Virus record (IMG/VR): IMGVR_UViG_3300037297_000065
Location: 1 to 61,289 of that record
DNA length: 61,289 bases
Source: a virus
Direction: 5' to 3' (one strand)
Every line of letters starts with the position of its first letter. The stretch's first letter is position 1. The notes under the pieces are model-generated. The model did not search any database and had not been told where the DNA came from. It saw only the letters and a program-made list of their open reading frames with translations. The position numbers and the translations under genes were made by a program. Positions 52,341 to 61,289 of the stretch are shown piece by piece.

Positions 52341-54037
52341 ATATTTCGATTGTATCCGGCACCTACAACCGGATTGAATATCTAAAAAACATGATGCAGT
52401 CTGCGCGAGCGTGTATTCCGCGTGGCCTTGACCACGAATTTGTAATCGTGGATGGCGGGTCAGACGACGGCAGTCTTGAATGGTTGCGCGAACAGACTGA
52501 TACCGTATTGATCGAAGACGGTAATTTGGTTGGCGCGATTTCAGCTTTTACGCGCGGCGCGTTCCGCGCGTGTGGCGATTATGTCGTGATGGCGAATGAT
52601 GATATTGCGTTTCATCCCGGTTCCATCACCGCCGCCCTGGTGCATTTGGAGAATAATCCTCGCTGTGGCGCTGTGGCGTTCCAAGATAATCGTCCGATTT
52701 ACGAGAACTATCCCAGAGACCACTATAAGACTCAAATGCAGTGCATTGAAACGGCAGATGGCGAAGAATGGACAATGCCTTATGCGCAGGTCGGTATGTT
52801 CCGAAAATGGCTCGGTGACGCCGTGGGGTGGTGGGGCGCAAATGATGAAATTATGAGTAAGGCGCGAAAATACGGTGGTGATAATTTTTTATCGGCGCGT
52901 ATTGTCGAAGAGGGATACACGATCGATGAACTCCCCACTGCGCGCTGTGAAGATCATGTCGCCAATGATGTGCTGAGGCTGGTAGACAATCAGAGTTACG
53001 GCGGCCAACACACCGATTCTAAGTTATTTCGCCGGCGGTTCCCTGATTGTGCAAAATTCCCTGCCGCGACGCGTATCAAGTCGCCGCAGTCCCGGCAATT
53101 GCGTATTCTGTATTTGCCGATTTATGAGCCTGGGCATTCGGTACAGCACGTAAATAAACGCGGGTTGCGCGAGGCGTTTCGGCATGTTGGGTTGGTATGG
53201 GAAATCGACTACCTGAATACCAAAAACATTTCAGCGCGCTTGCCGCAGATTATTCGACACTGGCAACCCGACCTGCTTTTTACGCAGTTGCACGATGCAC
53301 GAACGATCAACGCCGGGACTATCAAGGCGTGTAAGGCAGCTTATGAGGGCTTGCGTGTGGTGAACTGGCACGGCGACGCGACGCGACAGATTGCTCCATC
53401 CTATCAAGCGCTTATGCGAGAGATCGATTTGCAGTTGATCGTGGACGCCGCCGGGCTGAAGCAATACGAAACCGAAACCCACTATTGGCAGGTATCCTAT
53501 GAAGAGCCGGTGGGCGACTTACCTAATATGCCAGCTTATGACATTGTGTTTCTTGGCAACAACTACAATGCGCCACGCCAGGCGCTTTACGAGACGCTAC
53601 GCGGTACTAACGCCTCAGTAGGTATTTATGGACGCGGTTGGCAGCAGGCGGACGGACAAAATCTCTACGACTTTGCGCCGGGAGTCGCGCTTTACAAAAA
53701 CGCGCGGCTTGCCGTTGGAGATACTTTCCCTGGCACAAGCGCATTTGTAAGCAATCGCTTTTTTCAGGTCTTAGCGGTAGGCGGCGCGATGATGATGCAA
53801 CAAATCACGCCGGAATTCGAGCGCTATAATCCAGGCCTGATTGATGGCGAACACTATATCGGGTGGGATAATTTGGACGACTTGAAAGATAAGCTTACTC
53901 ATTGGCTCGATGGCCGGCGCGAAAGCCGGCGCACTGCTATTGCCAAAGCGGCACAGGAGATTGTCGTAAAGAATTATTCATTTGACGCCCAGGTAAAAAA
54001 GCTGTGGATTGATATTTTCCCGGAGGTCTTCAAATGA
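52337..54037 (+). CDS. Fusion of GT2 and CgeB-like glycosyltransferase domains
   Basis: ISIVSGTYNR, VIVDGGSDDGS, ANDDIAF (GT2); NRFFQVLAVGGAMMMQ..HY..W (CgeB-like). Confidence 0.7.
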   Translation: MNISIVSGTYNRIEYLKNMMQSARACIPRGLDHEFVIVDGGSDDGSLEWLREQTDTVLIEDGNLVGAISAFTRGAFRACGDYVVMANDDIAFHPGSITAALVHLENNPRCGAVAFQDNRPIYENYPRDHYKTQMQCIETADGEEWTMPYAQVGMFRKWLGDAVGWWGANDEIMSKARKYGGDNFLSARIVEEGYTIDELPTARCEDHVANDVLRLVDNQSYGGQHTDSKLFRRRFPDCAKFPAATRIKSPQSRQLRILYLPIYEPGHSVQHVNKRGLREAFRHVGLVWEIDYLNTKNISARLPQIIRHWQPDLLFTQLHDARTINAGTIKACKAAYEGLRVVNWHGDATRQIAPSYQALMREIDLQLIVDAAGLKQYETETHYWQVSYEEPVGDLPNMPAYDIVFLGNNYNAPRQALYETLRGTNASVGIYGRGWQQADGQNLYDFAPGVALYKNARLAVGDTFPGTSAFVSNRFFQVLAVGGAMMMQQITPEFERYNPGLIDGEHYIGWDNLDDLKDKLTHWLDGRRESRRTAIAKAAQEIVVKNYSFDAQVKKLWIDIFPEVFK

Positions 54038-54309
54038 ATAACGATTTTGATATTCTAAGCATTGCTACGTGGCGGCTCTCCTACATGCTCACGAGCGAAG
54101 CAGGGCCATATCGCATCTTTGAGCAACTACGCGCCATGTGTAATCCCGGCGGCTTGTTTGATTGCGTATTCTGTACATCGATATGGGTTGCTGCCATTTT
54201 GCTTATTCTATGGTTTTCGCCCTTTCGCCCGCTGGTACAGGTGCTGGCGATTTCAGGTGAGGCACTTAGAAAAGCGCACGATTCGGGGATAATGTATGCC
54301 GGGAGCTAA
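54034..54309 (+). CDS. DUF1360-like membrane protein
   Basis: ATWRLSYMLT..LFDCVFCTSIWVAAILL matches remembered DUF1360 pattern. Confidence 0.55.
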   Translation: MNNDFDILSIATWRLSYMLTSEAGPYRIFEQLRAMCNPGGLFDCVFCTSIWVAAILLILWFSPFRPLVQVLAISGEALRKAHDSGIMYAGS

Positions 54310-54862
54310 AGCGACTTTTACGCTGAATACGCCGATCGCGGGACAAGATTTTGTTGAATTCGCGCGCATTGCCCCCGATTTGTTTCGGCGCAAGGTTCCA
54401 TCGGCGGCGCGGCGCGTGACACGGTTTGCAAAAAGTGAGCTTAAAGCACTGACACCGGAACCCGCGAAGCATCCTATTCGGTGGACGCCTGCCAAACAGC
54501 AGAACAGGCCACCTAATACGCGCTTTGGATACTATAGCAAACAAAAGGCAGCTTATTTTGCTACTAATGGTTTTGGGCGTGGCATTCCGTCGCCTCGTAC
54601 CGGTACCCTTAAGGAAAGTTGGGAAGTACGCACTCGGATTGAATCGGACGCGAGCGGCGAGTTTACAATTGAAAATTCAGCGCCAGCCGCGCGATATGTC
54701 ATCGGGAAAGATCAACAGCGGTTTCACGCCATCACGGGATGGCCGAATATTACCGATGCGACATTTCGAAACATAGAAGACCGTATCGCTGAATTTGCAA
54801 GCGAAGAACTTGCACACTTGCACACATCGTTGATTGATGATTATTTGGAGCGATTCGGATGA
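54296..54862 (+). CDS. Head completion/neck protein candidate
   Basis: Position only, between capsid region and tail genes. Confidence 0.35.
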   Translation: MPGAKATFTLNTPIAGQDFVEFARIAPDLFRRKVPSAARRVTRFAKSELKALTPEPAKHPIRWTPAKQQNRPPNTRFGYYSKQKAAYFATNGFGRGIPSPRTGTLKESWEVRTRIESDASGEFTIENSAPAARYVIGKDQQRFHAITGWPNITDATFRNIEDRIAEFASEELAHLHTSLIDDYLERFG

Positions 54863-55788
54863 GCTACGCATCATTGGCAGATGTCATTCGAGAACTCAAA
54901 ACGCAGCGCGTGACGCAAGGCGCAGACGCTTATAGTGCAGAGGATGCTGCGTGGTTGTCGCGTTTTTTAGATCAGGTAACGCATCGTATCAATATCAAAG
55001 TGGCACCCCGCACGCGCCGACAATATTTTGAGCCGTGGAAGAAAAGTGAGACTTTCCCGATGCATAGCCGGTATGTGAATTCGTCTGAAGGTAGTCTTGA
55101 ATTACCTCATCCGCTGTTATCGCTTTCATCGCTCAAAGTCAACAATACGGAAGTGTCGAGTTCACTTTATGGTGTACAACCCTATGCGAGCACGGCTTAT
55201 GAAACGCCGTATCAATACCTTTGGCTGGCAGAAAACGCCATGTATAGTTATACGTGGTATACGGTTGTGTGTGCGAATTGTCCAACGAGTCGAACGCCAC
55301 AAGTCACGGTGGCCGATACCTGGGGTTATCATCGTGATTATACCAGCGCTTGGCAAAAGGCTGATGAATTACAGGCGGGTATCGCGGCGTCGGCAACAAC
55401 GCTCACCGTTGCCGATGTAGACGGCGCGGATTATTACGGTTTTTCGCCGCGTTTCAGCTATGGGCAACTCATTCAATTGACAACAGGCGGAACCGCGGAG
55501 TGGATGCGTATCACGGCGACCGATACAGCTACCAATACCCTAACGGTGCTACGAGAACAAAACGGCACAACTGCCATTGTGCATACGATAGATACACCAG
55601 ATATTGACGTGTTCTATCCAGAGGAAAGCATTAATCGCGTGACCGCGCGTCAGGCAGCGTTTCTTTACGCGCGGCGCGGCGCGTTTGAAGCCTCGCAGAG
55701 TGATGGTATGGGCGGACAAACGACTTATCCACAAGACCTATTAAACGAGCTAAACGGCGTATTGCAGGAGTATGTCAATGCCTGGTGA
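54859..55788 (+). CDS. Head-tail connector (gp6-like N-terminus) candidate
   Basis: MSYASLADVIRELK..DAAWLSRFLDQV resembles gp6-like connector N-termini. Confidence 0.4.
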   Translation: MSYASLADVIRELKTQRVTQGADAYSAEDAAWLSRFLDQVTHRINIKVAPRTRRQYFEPWKKSETFPMHSRYVNSSEGSLELPHPLLSLSSLKVNNTEVSSSLYGVQPYASTAYETPYQYLWLAENAMYSYTWYTVVCANCPTSRTPQVTVADTWGYHRDYTSAWQKADELQAGIAASATTLTVADVDGADYYGFSPRFSYGQLIQLTTGGTAEWMRITATDTATNTLTVLREQNGTTAIVHTIDTPDIDVFYPEESINRVTARQAAFLYARRGAFEASQSDGMGGQTTYPQDLLNELNGVLQEYVNAW

Positions 55789-56287
55789 ACGCAAAGATAT
55801 TCGACGGCGTATCGCGGCGGTTTTGCGCGATGAATTATCCGATGATGGCTGGGAAATTTTTCATTATTGTTTGGTTATTGGAGAGGGTCAAAAATATATT
55901 ACCATCCAAACTGGCGCGACGCGATATGAATTTTTAGACGCCAACTTTACAGCCGAGATATTGCAGGTGCGTGTGTTGGCAGTAACGGCCTATCGCACCG
56001 AGGGCATTGAGAGCGAAATTGAAGATATGCATGATGATATGATTGATGAAGTTCGTGTTGTACTTTTGAGTGATCTTGGCAATGGCGACGACTCGGGGCA
56101 ATTTTTAGTCAGTACGGACTATCCAACGCCGCCGACCTACCTTGACTATCGCGTAGGCGGTGTAACGCTTGTAAGCGACGAAGGTGCCGTAACAAGGCAA
56201 GAAAGCGGAACAAATCAGGTTTCGCTAGTAACAGAATTTGTTCTAGAGGTTCCGATTTTAACAGAAGTGGAATGTTCATTTCCATAG
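55772..56287 (+). CDS. Neck/tail terminator candidate
   Basis: Position immediately upstream of tail tube gene. Confidence 0.35.
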   Translation: MSMPGERKDIRRRIAAVLRDELSDDGWEIFHYCLVIGEGQKYITIQTGATRYEFLDANFTAEILQVRVLAVTAYRTEGIESEIEDMHDDMIDEVRVVLLSDLGNGDDSGQFLVSTDYPTPPTYLDYRVGGVTLVSDEGAVTRQESGTNQVSLVTEFVLEVPILTEVECSFP

Positions 56288-56297
56288 GAGTTAGCAA

Positions 56298-57170
56298 ATG
56301 GCTGATTTATCAAACGTAAGAGAAGCCCTGCGCGGCGGGCTAACATATATCGGTTTTTCCAATTACAATAGCGATGGACGCCTTGAGCCGTTGACCGGCG
56401 CACTTACGGCCGGTGACCAGGATGGATCGGGCGGCACCAATCAACTGGTAGGCGCACAGTCCGCTCCCGTCCCATTGCCAGAAACCGAAACGATTTTGTG
56501 GCCGGGTGACGATGGCGTGATCGACAGTATTCAGGTCGAGCCGGAGGCGGTCGGCGAAGGCGTGATTGTGACCGCCGAATTCGATCTTGATATTCACGCG
56601 GCGTTGCAAGGCACAAGTGTTAAAGAGATCGGAGACATGGTATCGGGCGCACTGTTCCCGAAAAATCCAACTTATTCGAAAAGCTGTGTCATCATCAACC
56701 AATTCAAATCGATCTCGCGCAAGACCGACGCAAAAGGATTGCCAATCGATGCTTCATATATTCTCATCAACGCGCAGCTTGTCCCGATTGGCGGTTCTCC
56801 GCTCGAAAGCCGGGCGCGGTCTGACAACCAATACCGCCTGACAACCGGCAAGCGCAGTCGCACGCCCTGGAATACCAGCGTAAGCACGGACTATGGCGTC
56901 TGCGAAACCGGTATTATCGAGTTCCATTCTGAATATTCACTCGATGTACAATCATGGCTTGGCGATGGCGCAGAAACCGTTTTCAATCTCGGCAAAACGC
57001 CCGTCGAGGCAAGCAGTGATAAAGTTGCTGTATGGGTTGATGGCGTGCTGCAAACCTATACGGTGAATTATACGGTGGATACTTCGGCGGCAACTATAAC
57101 ATTTGTAGCGCCTCCCGCAAATGACGCTTATATCGTGGCGCTTTATCAATATCTGAGGGACTGCGTGTAA
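56298..57170 (+). CDS. Major tail (tube) protein candidate with Ig-like C-terminus
   Basis: 290 aa directly upstream of G/GT chaperone pair. Confidence 0.5.
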   Translation: MADLSNVREALRGGLTYIGFSNYNSDGRLEPLTGALTAGDQDGSGGTNQLVGAQSAPVPLPETETILWPGDDGVIDSIQVEPEAVGEGVIVTAEFDLDIHAALQGTSVKEIGDMVSGALFPKNPTYSKSCVIINQFKSISRKTDAKGLPIDASYILINAQLVPIGGSPLESRARSDNQYRLTTGKRSRTPWNTSVSTDYGVCETGIIEFHSEYSLDVQSWLGDGAETVFNLGKTPVEASSDKVAVWVDGVLQTYTVNYTVDTSAATITFVAPPANDAYIVALYQYLRDCV

Positions 57171-57502
57171 TGAATCAAAAAGAGGTCAAATTTACGGGGC
57201 TAACGGCGACTATTAAGCGCTTAAAGGTGCGAGATCGTTTAGTGAGAACGGCAATTTATCAGAAGTTGAATGCACGCTTTGATGACGTGTTGTCAGACGC
57301 GGCGTGGGAATATGCCGGGATTTGTACGCACATCGTCGCGCTCGAAGGGTGCGAAGACTGGACGCCCACCACAGCGGAAACGCCAGAAAAAGAGGCCAAC
57401 GCACAGTTCGAGGCGTGGCTTAATTTGCCGATTTCAATTGGTGATTGGCTCGTTGGGGCCTCATTGGTTTTTGAGGCCGATATTGAAAAAAAAGCGGACT
57501 AG
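57170..57502 (+). CDS. Tail assembly chaperone (G)
   Basis: 110 aa between tube and tape measure; ends just after A8 slippery run. Confidence 0.7.
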   Translation: MNQKEVKFTGLTATIKRLKVRDRLVRTAIYQKLNARFDDVLSDAAWEYAGICTHIVALEGCEDWTPTTAETPEKEANAQFEAWLNLPISIGDWLVGASLVFEADIEKKAD

Positions 57503-57798
57503 TCCGGCGTAGAGAAAACTTGCTCGTTCGTGATCGCATATACCAGCACGCGAGAGCAAACGCCGGACTGCCGCCAATATATACGCCAGAATCAATTGAG
57601 GACTTTAGCTTCGGCACAATGGAGTATTACTATTTTATCGAACGGCTGGCGACGGCGTATGAAAAACACGGCATTTTACCAGACGCGGGAGGGATGTTGG
57701 ATCAGGATCAAAAACTAATGGACGACATTTACCTATGGCTGGCGATTTATGGCGAAGAATATCAATCTGTTTTGGCGGAGATGAAACGTGAGCAGTGA
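57170..57798 (+). CDS. Tail assembly chaperone GT fusion via -1 frameshift at 57487-57493
   Basis: A AAA AAA heptamer; -1 frame open from 57493 to 57798 (track ORF 57520..57798 is in that frame). Confidence 0.65.
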
Positions 57799-60325
57799 GC
57801 GCGTAGCAACAAACGTTTTACGATGGCAGACCGACCAAGCATCTCTTAATACCACGCTGCAAGGAGCTAAGGCGGTGGCGGATGCACAGCTTGAGGCCGC
57901 CGACGCCAACCGCATACTTGCAAAATCTGCCGATGTTGCCACGATCGAGGTTCAAAAACAAACCCGCGCGCAATCCAAATCCTTTAAATCTGCCAGCAAA
58001 GAGGCGGTTGATTATGGCGACCGCATTAAAACGGTACGCGACGAAACCGAGGCACTTGGAGACGCCGATAGCGCGCTGGTTGCCGTTGCGGGCCTGGCCG
58101 CAAGCGGAATAGCGGGAGAGGCAGGGCGCGCCGCCGGCTCTGTGTTGGTACTTGGTGCTGATTTATTGGCAACGGCGGAGGCGCTTCCGAAGCTGGGCAC
58201 TTCATTGGTTGAAATTGGGGCAAAAGCAAATGCGCTTCCGGGTATTTTGGGTGCATCGTCAACGGCATTTGCAGGTATTGCGACGGGTGCGCCACCGGCG
58301 GCAGCAGGTCTAGCCTCGATTGTTGGCGCAATTGCGCCTATCGCGGTTACGGCGGCAGCAATTATCGCGCCGGTCGCCGCATTGATTAAGGTATTTAATG
58401 ATGCAAAGCAGGCCACGCAGGACTTTTTAGATCAACAAGAGGCGTCAGCAGAAGCACAAAAAAACGCGGTAACGCGCGCCGCAACGCTTACCGAAGACCA
58501 GTTACTTAAAGAGATTGAACTGGCAGAAAAACGCCTGGGGCTGAGCGAGGGTTATGTTTCTGCTCTTGAAGGCCAGCGCAAGCGCGTTGATGAATTGACG
58601 GCAGATTTAGGCGCGGCGTTTGACCCGCTTAGGCGTAATGTGCTAGCAATTACCGCAGGGCAACTTGATGAAAAACTTACCACTGCAAACGAAGAACGCG
58701 CCAAAGAGGAAGAGGCGCTACGCATTCTAAAAGACCAAATTCTTCCGGTTGTGCAAGCGCGCGAGGCGGAGGCAGCGGTAATACAAAGCGGGTTAATGGC
58801 GGCGCGTGATTTAGCCGCCGCCGAACAGCGCCGCACCGAACTTCTCCGCTCCGGTACGCTGCAATCTATCAATGATGAAATTATCAAACGCCGCGAGTCA
58901 GTCTCTGCTATTGACGCCGAACTCGCCGAACTTGAAAAGCTTGACCAAACCAACGAAGATGTTATCGCGCGTATAGATGAATTGAACGCGGCGCGTGATG
59001 ATGAATCTGTCGCGCTTACTATGCTGGTCAACGATATTCAACCCGTTATTGCGGCGCGCGAAGCCGAAAGCGCGGCACTCAAACAACAAATCAGCGATAT
59101 TCAATCTGCAGCCGATAACGAACTTGAGCGCGGGCGCATTATCAAAGACCTGACAACCGAACAGCGTATTGCAGGGCAGGAACAAGCGCAAGCGCAGATT
59201 GAAGCCCTGCGCGAACAGCGCGCAGCGTTAATGGAATTAGATCAGACCTCAGAAGAAGTGCAGAGCGCACTTGCAGAAGTAAACGCGAAGCTCAAAGAAG
59301 CGGAAGGAGATTTTAAATTCTACGCAGGTACGGCGGCGCGTAGTGCAGCAATGACAAATGAGCTACAGGCGGCGGAAGAGGAACGTGCACAGAAAACACT
59401 TGCAACTAATGAGAAACTCGCAAGTGATATTGACCGCATCGAGACGCAGGCGGCGGATAAACGTCGCGATATGCAGCGTAAACTTGCCGATGATTTGGTT
59501 GATCTTGCAACCGATATAGCGCGTGATACCGAAGATGCATTCAGGAGCCTGCAACAGGATCGTCAGGATTTGGCGCGCGACCTGAACAGAGACCTTGCTT
59601 CTAGTGAGCAAGACGCCGCATTTGAGCGGTTGGATGCACAGGTTGAAATACAGCGCGAAGAGGCGCGCGCATTCCGCGAGCACGCAAACAAATTACAAGA
59701 CCTTCGCCGACAACAACAATTTGAGGAACTTGATTTGATTGCCAACCGCGACTTTGCGGCGCTGTTTCGATCCCGGCGACAAGCCGCGTTTCAAGAACAA
59801 ACGCTTGGCATTGAAGCAACGCGCACTCAGGGGGAACGTCAATTAGCCGCCGACCAGGAATTACAGGACATTGCACGCAACGCCGAACGCGAACGACAGG
59901 CGCGATTAGTGCAATACGAACAACAATTACAGGATACACAACTTGCGTTTGACCGGGAACGCGAAACAATTGAAATCAACAGGCAGCGCGCGCTAGAAGA
60001 TTTGCGCTTGAACTATCGGCGCGAAGAACGGTTGCTTATCGAAAAAACGCAACGTGAGTTACAGATTCGTAGCACTGCCGCGCAACAGGAATTACAACTC
60101 ATTAATCAGGCAGCACAGCAACGCATACAATTACAACAACAAGCCAATCAAAATATTCTGCAACAGTTTGCAAGTTTTTTTCCGGCGTTACAAGGGCTGG
60201 CAAATCGCGCGCAGCAAATTTTTAATCAGAACCAAATCAATACGAATATCACCATGCAGTCGCAAGTTAACCCGGTCGGAGTGGGTCGCGCAGTGGGTGA
60301 GATTGTGTCGAGGATTTTAGGCTAA
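57788..60325 (+). CDS. Tape measure protein
   Basis: 845 aa, Ala/Gly hydrophobic N-part then long Glu/Gln/Arg coiled coil; canonical position. Confidence 0.85.
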   Translation: MSSERVATNVLRWQTDQASLNTTLQGAKAVADAQLEAADANRILAKSADVATIEVQKQTRAQSKSFKSASKEAVDYGDRIKTVRDETEALGDADSALVAVAGLAASGIAGEAGRAAGSVLVLGADLLATAEALPKLGTSLVEIGAKANALPGILGASSTAFAGIATGAPPAAAGLASIVGAIAPIAVTAAAIIAPVAALIKVFNDAKQATQDFLDQQEASAEAQKNAVTRAATLTEDQLLKEIELAEKRLGLSEGYVSALEGQRKRVDELTADLGAAFDPLRRNVLAITAGQLDEKLTTANEERAKEEEALRILKDQILPVVQAREAEAAVIQSGLMAARDLAAAEQRRTELLRSGTLQSINDEIIKRRESVSAIDAELAELEKLDQTNEDVIARIDELNAARDDESVALTMLVNDIQPVIAAREAESAALKQQISDIQSAADNELERGRIIKDLTTEQRIAGQEQAQAQIEALREQRAALMELDQTSEEVQSALAEVNAKLKEAEGDFKFYAGTAARSAAMTNELQAAEEERAQKTLATNEKLASDIDRIETQAADKRRDMQRKLADDLVDLATDIARDTEDAFRSLQQDRQDLARDLNRDLASSEQDAAFERLDAQVEIQREEARAFREHANKLQDLRRQQQFEELDLIANRDFAALFRSRRQAAFQEQTLGIEATRTQGERQLAADQELQDIARNAERERQARLVQYEQQLQDTQLAFDRERETIEINRQRALEDLRLNYRREERLLIEKTQRELQIRSTAAQQELQLINQAAQQRIQLQQQANQNILQQFASFFPALQGLANRAQQIFNQNQINTNITMQSQVNPVGVGRAVGEIVSRILG

Positions 60326-60765
60326 TGCCAGAGACGCCGGTACGCCAAGCAAATTATCAAATCGCCGCGGGGAACAATAACGCTGCCGGGTTGGTGACAT
60401 TAGAGGGAACACAGGCCGACGCGGAAGATTACCCGCGCACCTTTGGTACTGTGAGGAGTTATGGATTTTATGATCCCGGCTTGCAACGCGTAAAACCGAG
60501 TGGCGAGAAACAATTTAGCGGCTACCCTACCACGTCTTGGCAATTGGCGGTGGTTACAAAGGCGCAAGAAAAATATCTACGTGACACTTATTGTAGCGGC
60601 GGATATAGCGGATTGGTGACGGTGCGAACGACAACCGACAACAATGATGATTCATTCGCTAATTACAATGCTGTGATATGGCTCCCTAAGCTCAGTGAGC
60701 AGGATTGGGTCGGGCGTTATTCTCGAAATTATGTTATTCAATTTAGAAAGATGGTCGCGTTATGA
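60325..60765 (+). CDS. Distal tail protein candidate
   Basis: 146 aa, ATGA-type overlaps with TMP and next tail gene. Confidence 0.35.
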   Translation: MPETPVRQANYQIAAGNNNAAGLVTLEGTQADAEDYPRTFGTVRSYGFYDPGLQRVKPSGEKQFSGYPTTSWQLAVVTKAQEKYLRDTYCSGGYSGLVTVRTTTDNNDDSFANYNAVIWLPKLSEQDWVGRYSRNYVIQFRKMVAL

Positions 60766-61289
60766 GCTTGATGGAGGCGCTGTCAACCGGACAGAAAACA
60801 AAACTGCGCGATTATAAATATGCCGCTACGCAGTATATTTCGTTTTTACCGCAGACCGAAGTACATACCGGCTCTGTGACTGCCGTACCGTCTACAACCT
60901 CATTTGCATCGCTGACTGTTTCGACTTCGACGGGTAGCACGGCAAACATTAAGGCCGGCATGGTATGTCGTATCAGTAAAAGCAGTGACTACAAAAAGGC
61001 GTTCTTTTTTGGTCGAGCGCGCAAGGCGGCGGCAGGCACAACGGTTTATATCAATGAAACGAGCGCCAATATCGAGGTCGGTGATAAAATTGCTTTTTAT
61101 GACGATTATGCAGTGTTGCCTAAGCTCAGTCGTGAAAGCGGCGGCGTTCGCTTGGTTGACTGGGACATAACGTTTCGGCAATTACCGCCGGTAATTTATG
61201 ACGTAGATTCAATCTATGTTGGCTGGGTAGATGGTACGATTGGCAACACATTAGAAATTGCGTTTAGTGCTGGCGCTTTTGCCGCGACC
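60762..61289 (+). CDS. N-terminal part of junction-spanning tail fibre gene (continues at nt 128 of the circle)
   Basis: ATG overlaps previous TGA; no stop before window end; last 127 nt duplicate nt 1-127. Confidence 0.7.
   Translation, partial: MSLMEALSTGQKTKLRDYKYAATQYISFLPQTEVHTGSVTAVPSTTSFASLTVSTSTGSTANIKAGMVCRISKSSDYKKAFFFGRARKAAAGTTVYINETSANIEVGDKIAFYDDYAVLPKLSRESGGVRLVDWDITFRQLPPVIYDVDSIYVGWVDGTIGNTLEIAFSAGAFAAT
61163..61289. repeat. Terminal overlap identical to 1..127
   Basis: 127/127 identity with window start. Confidence 0.95.

Noticed and set aside
1-61289. CRISPR arrays, transposases/IS elements, reverse transcriptase/DGR
   Set aside because: No spaced repeat arrays were seen; the only tandem or direct repeats are 8-25 nt with 2-3.5 copies. 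No DDE/HUH transposase or RT motifs (YxDD) were noticed in any listed ORF.

Overview
The window is one complete, circularly closing dsDNA tailed-phage genome of about 61.16 kb. The first 127 nt equal the last 127 nt, and a tail gene reads through the junction. All functional calls rest on motif recognition by eye and gene order; no database or structure searches were run.

Layout:
- 1-6.8 kb (+): receptor-binding tail proteins and a cluster of membrane proteins that may be lysis-related.
- 6.8-7.45 kb: an ORF-free, hairpin-dense region carrying tRNA-Met.
- 7.45-21.3 kb (-): a leftward block with a Xer-like tyrosine recombinase, a ParM/ParR-like pair, a lipoprotein, a pentapeptide-repeat protein, many small acidic proteins in promoter/terminator-delimited units, and tRNA-Gly.
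- 21.5-33 kb (+): nucleotide, DNA-modification and replication genes. These are dCTP deaminase, a macro domain protein, a nuclease, a YhhQ-like transporter next to a short TGT/DpdA-like protein, a replication initiator, DnaB, a PAPS-reductase-like protein, and a DNA methyltransferase interrupted by an amber codon.
- 33-61 kb (+): a siphovirus-type structural module. It holds TerS/TerL, a portal-MuF fusion, protease, scaffold, MCP, connectors, tail tube, G/GT chaperones with a -1 frameshift, and the tape measure.

The most unusual feature is about 11.5 kb of sugar-nucleotide, methyltransferase and glycosyltransferase genes. They are inserted in two blocks that sandwich the capsid genes.
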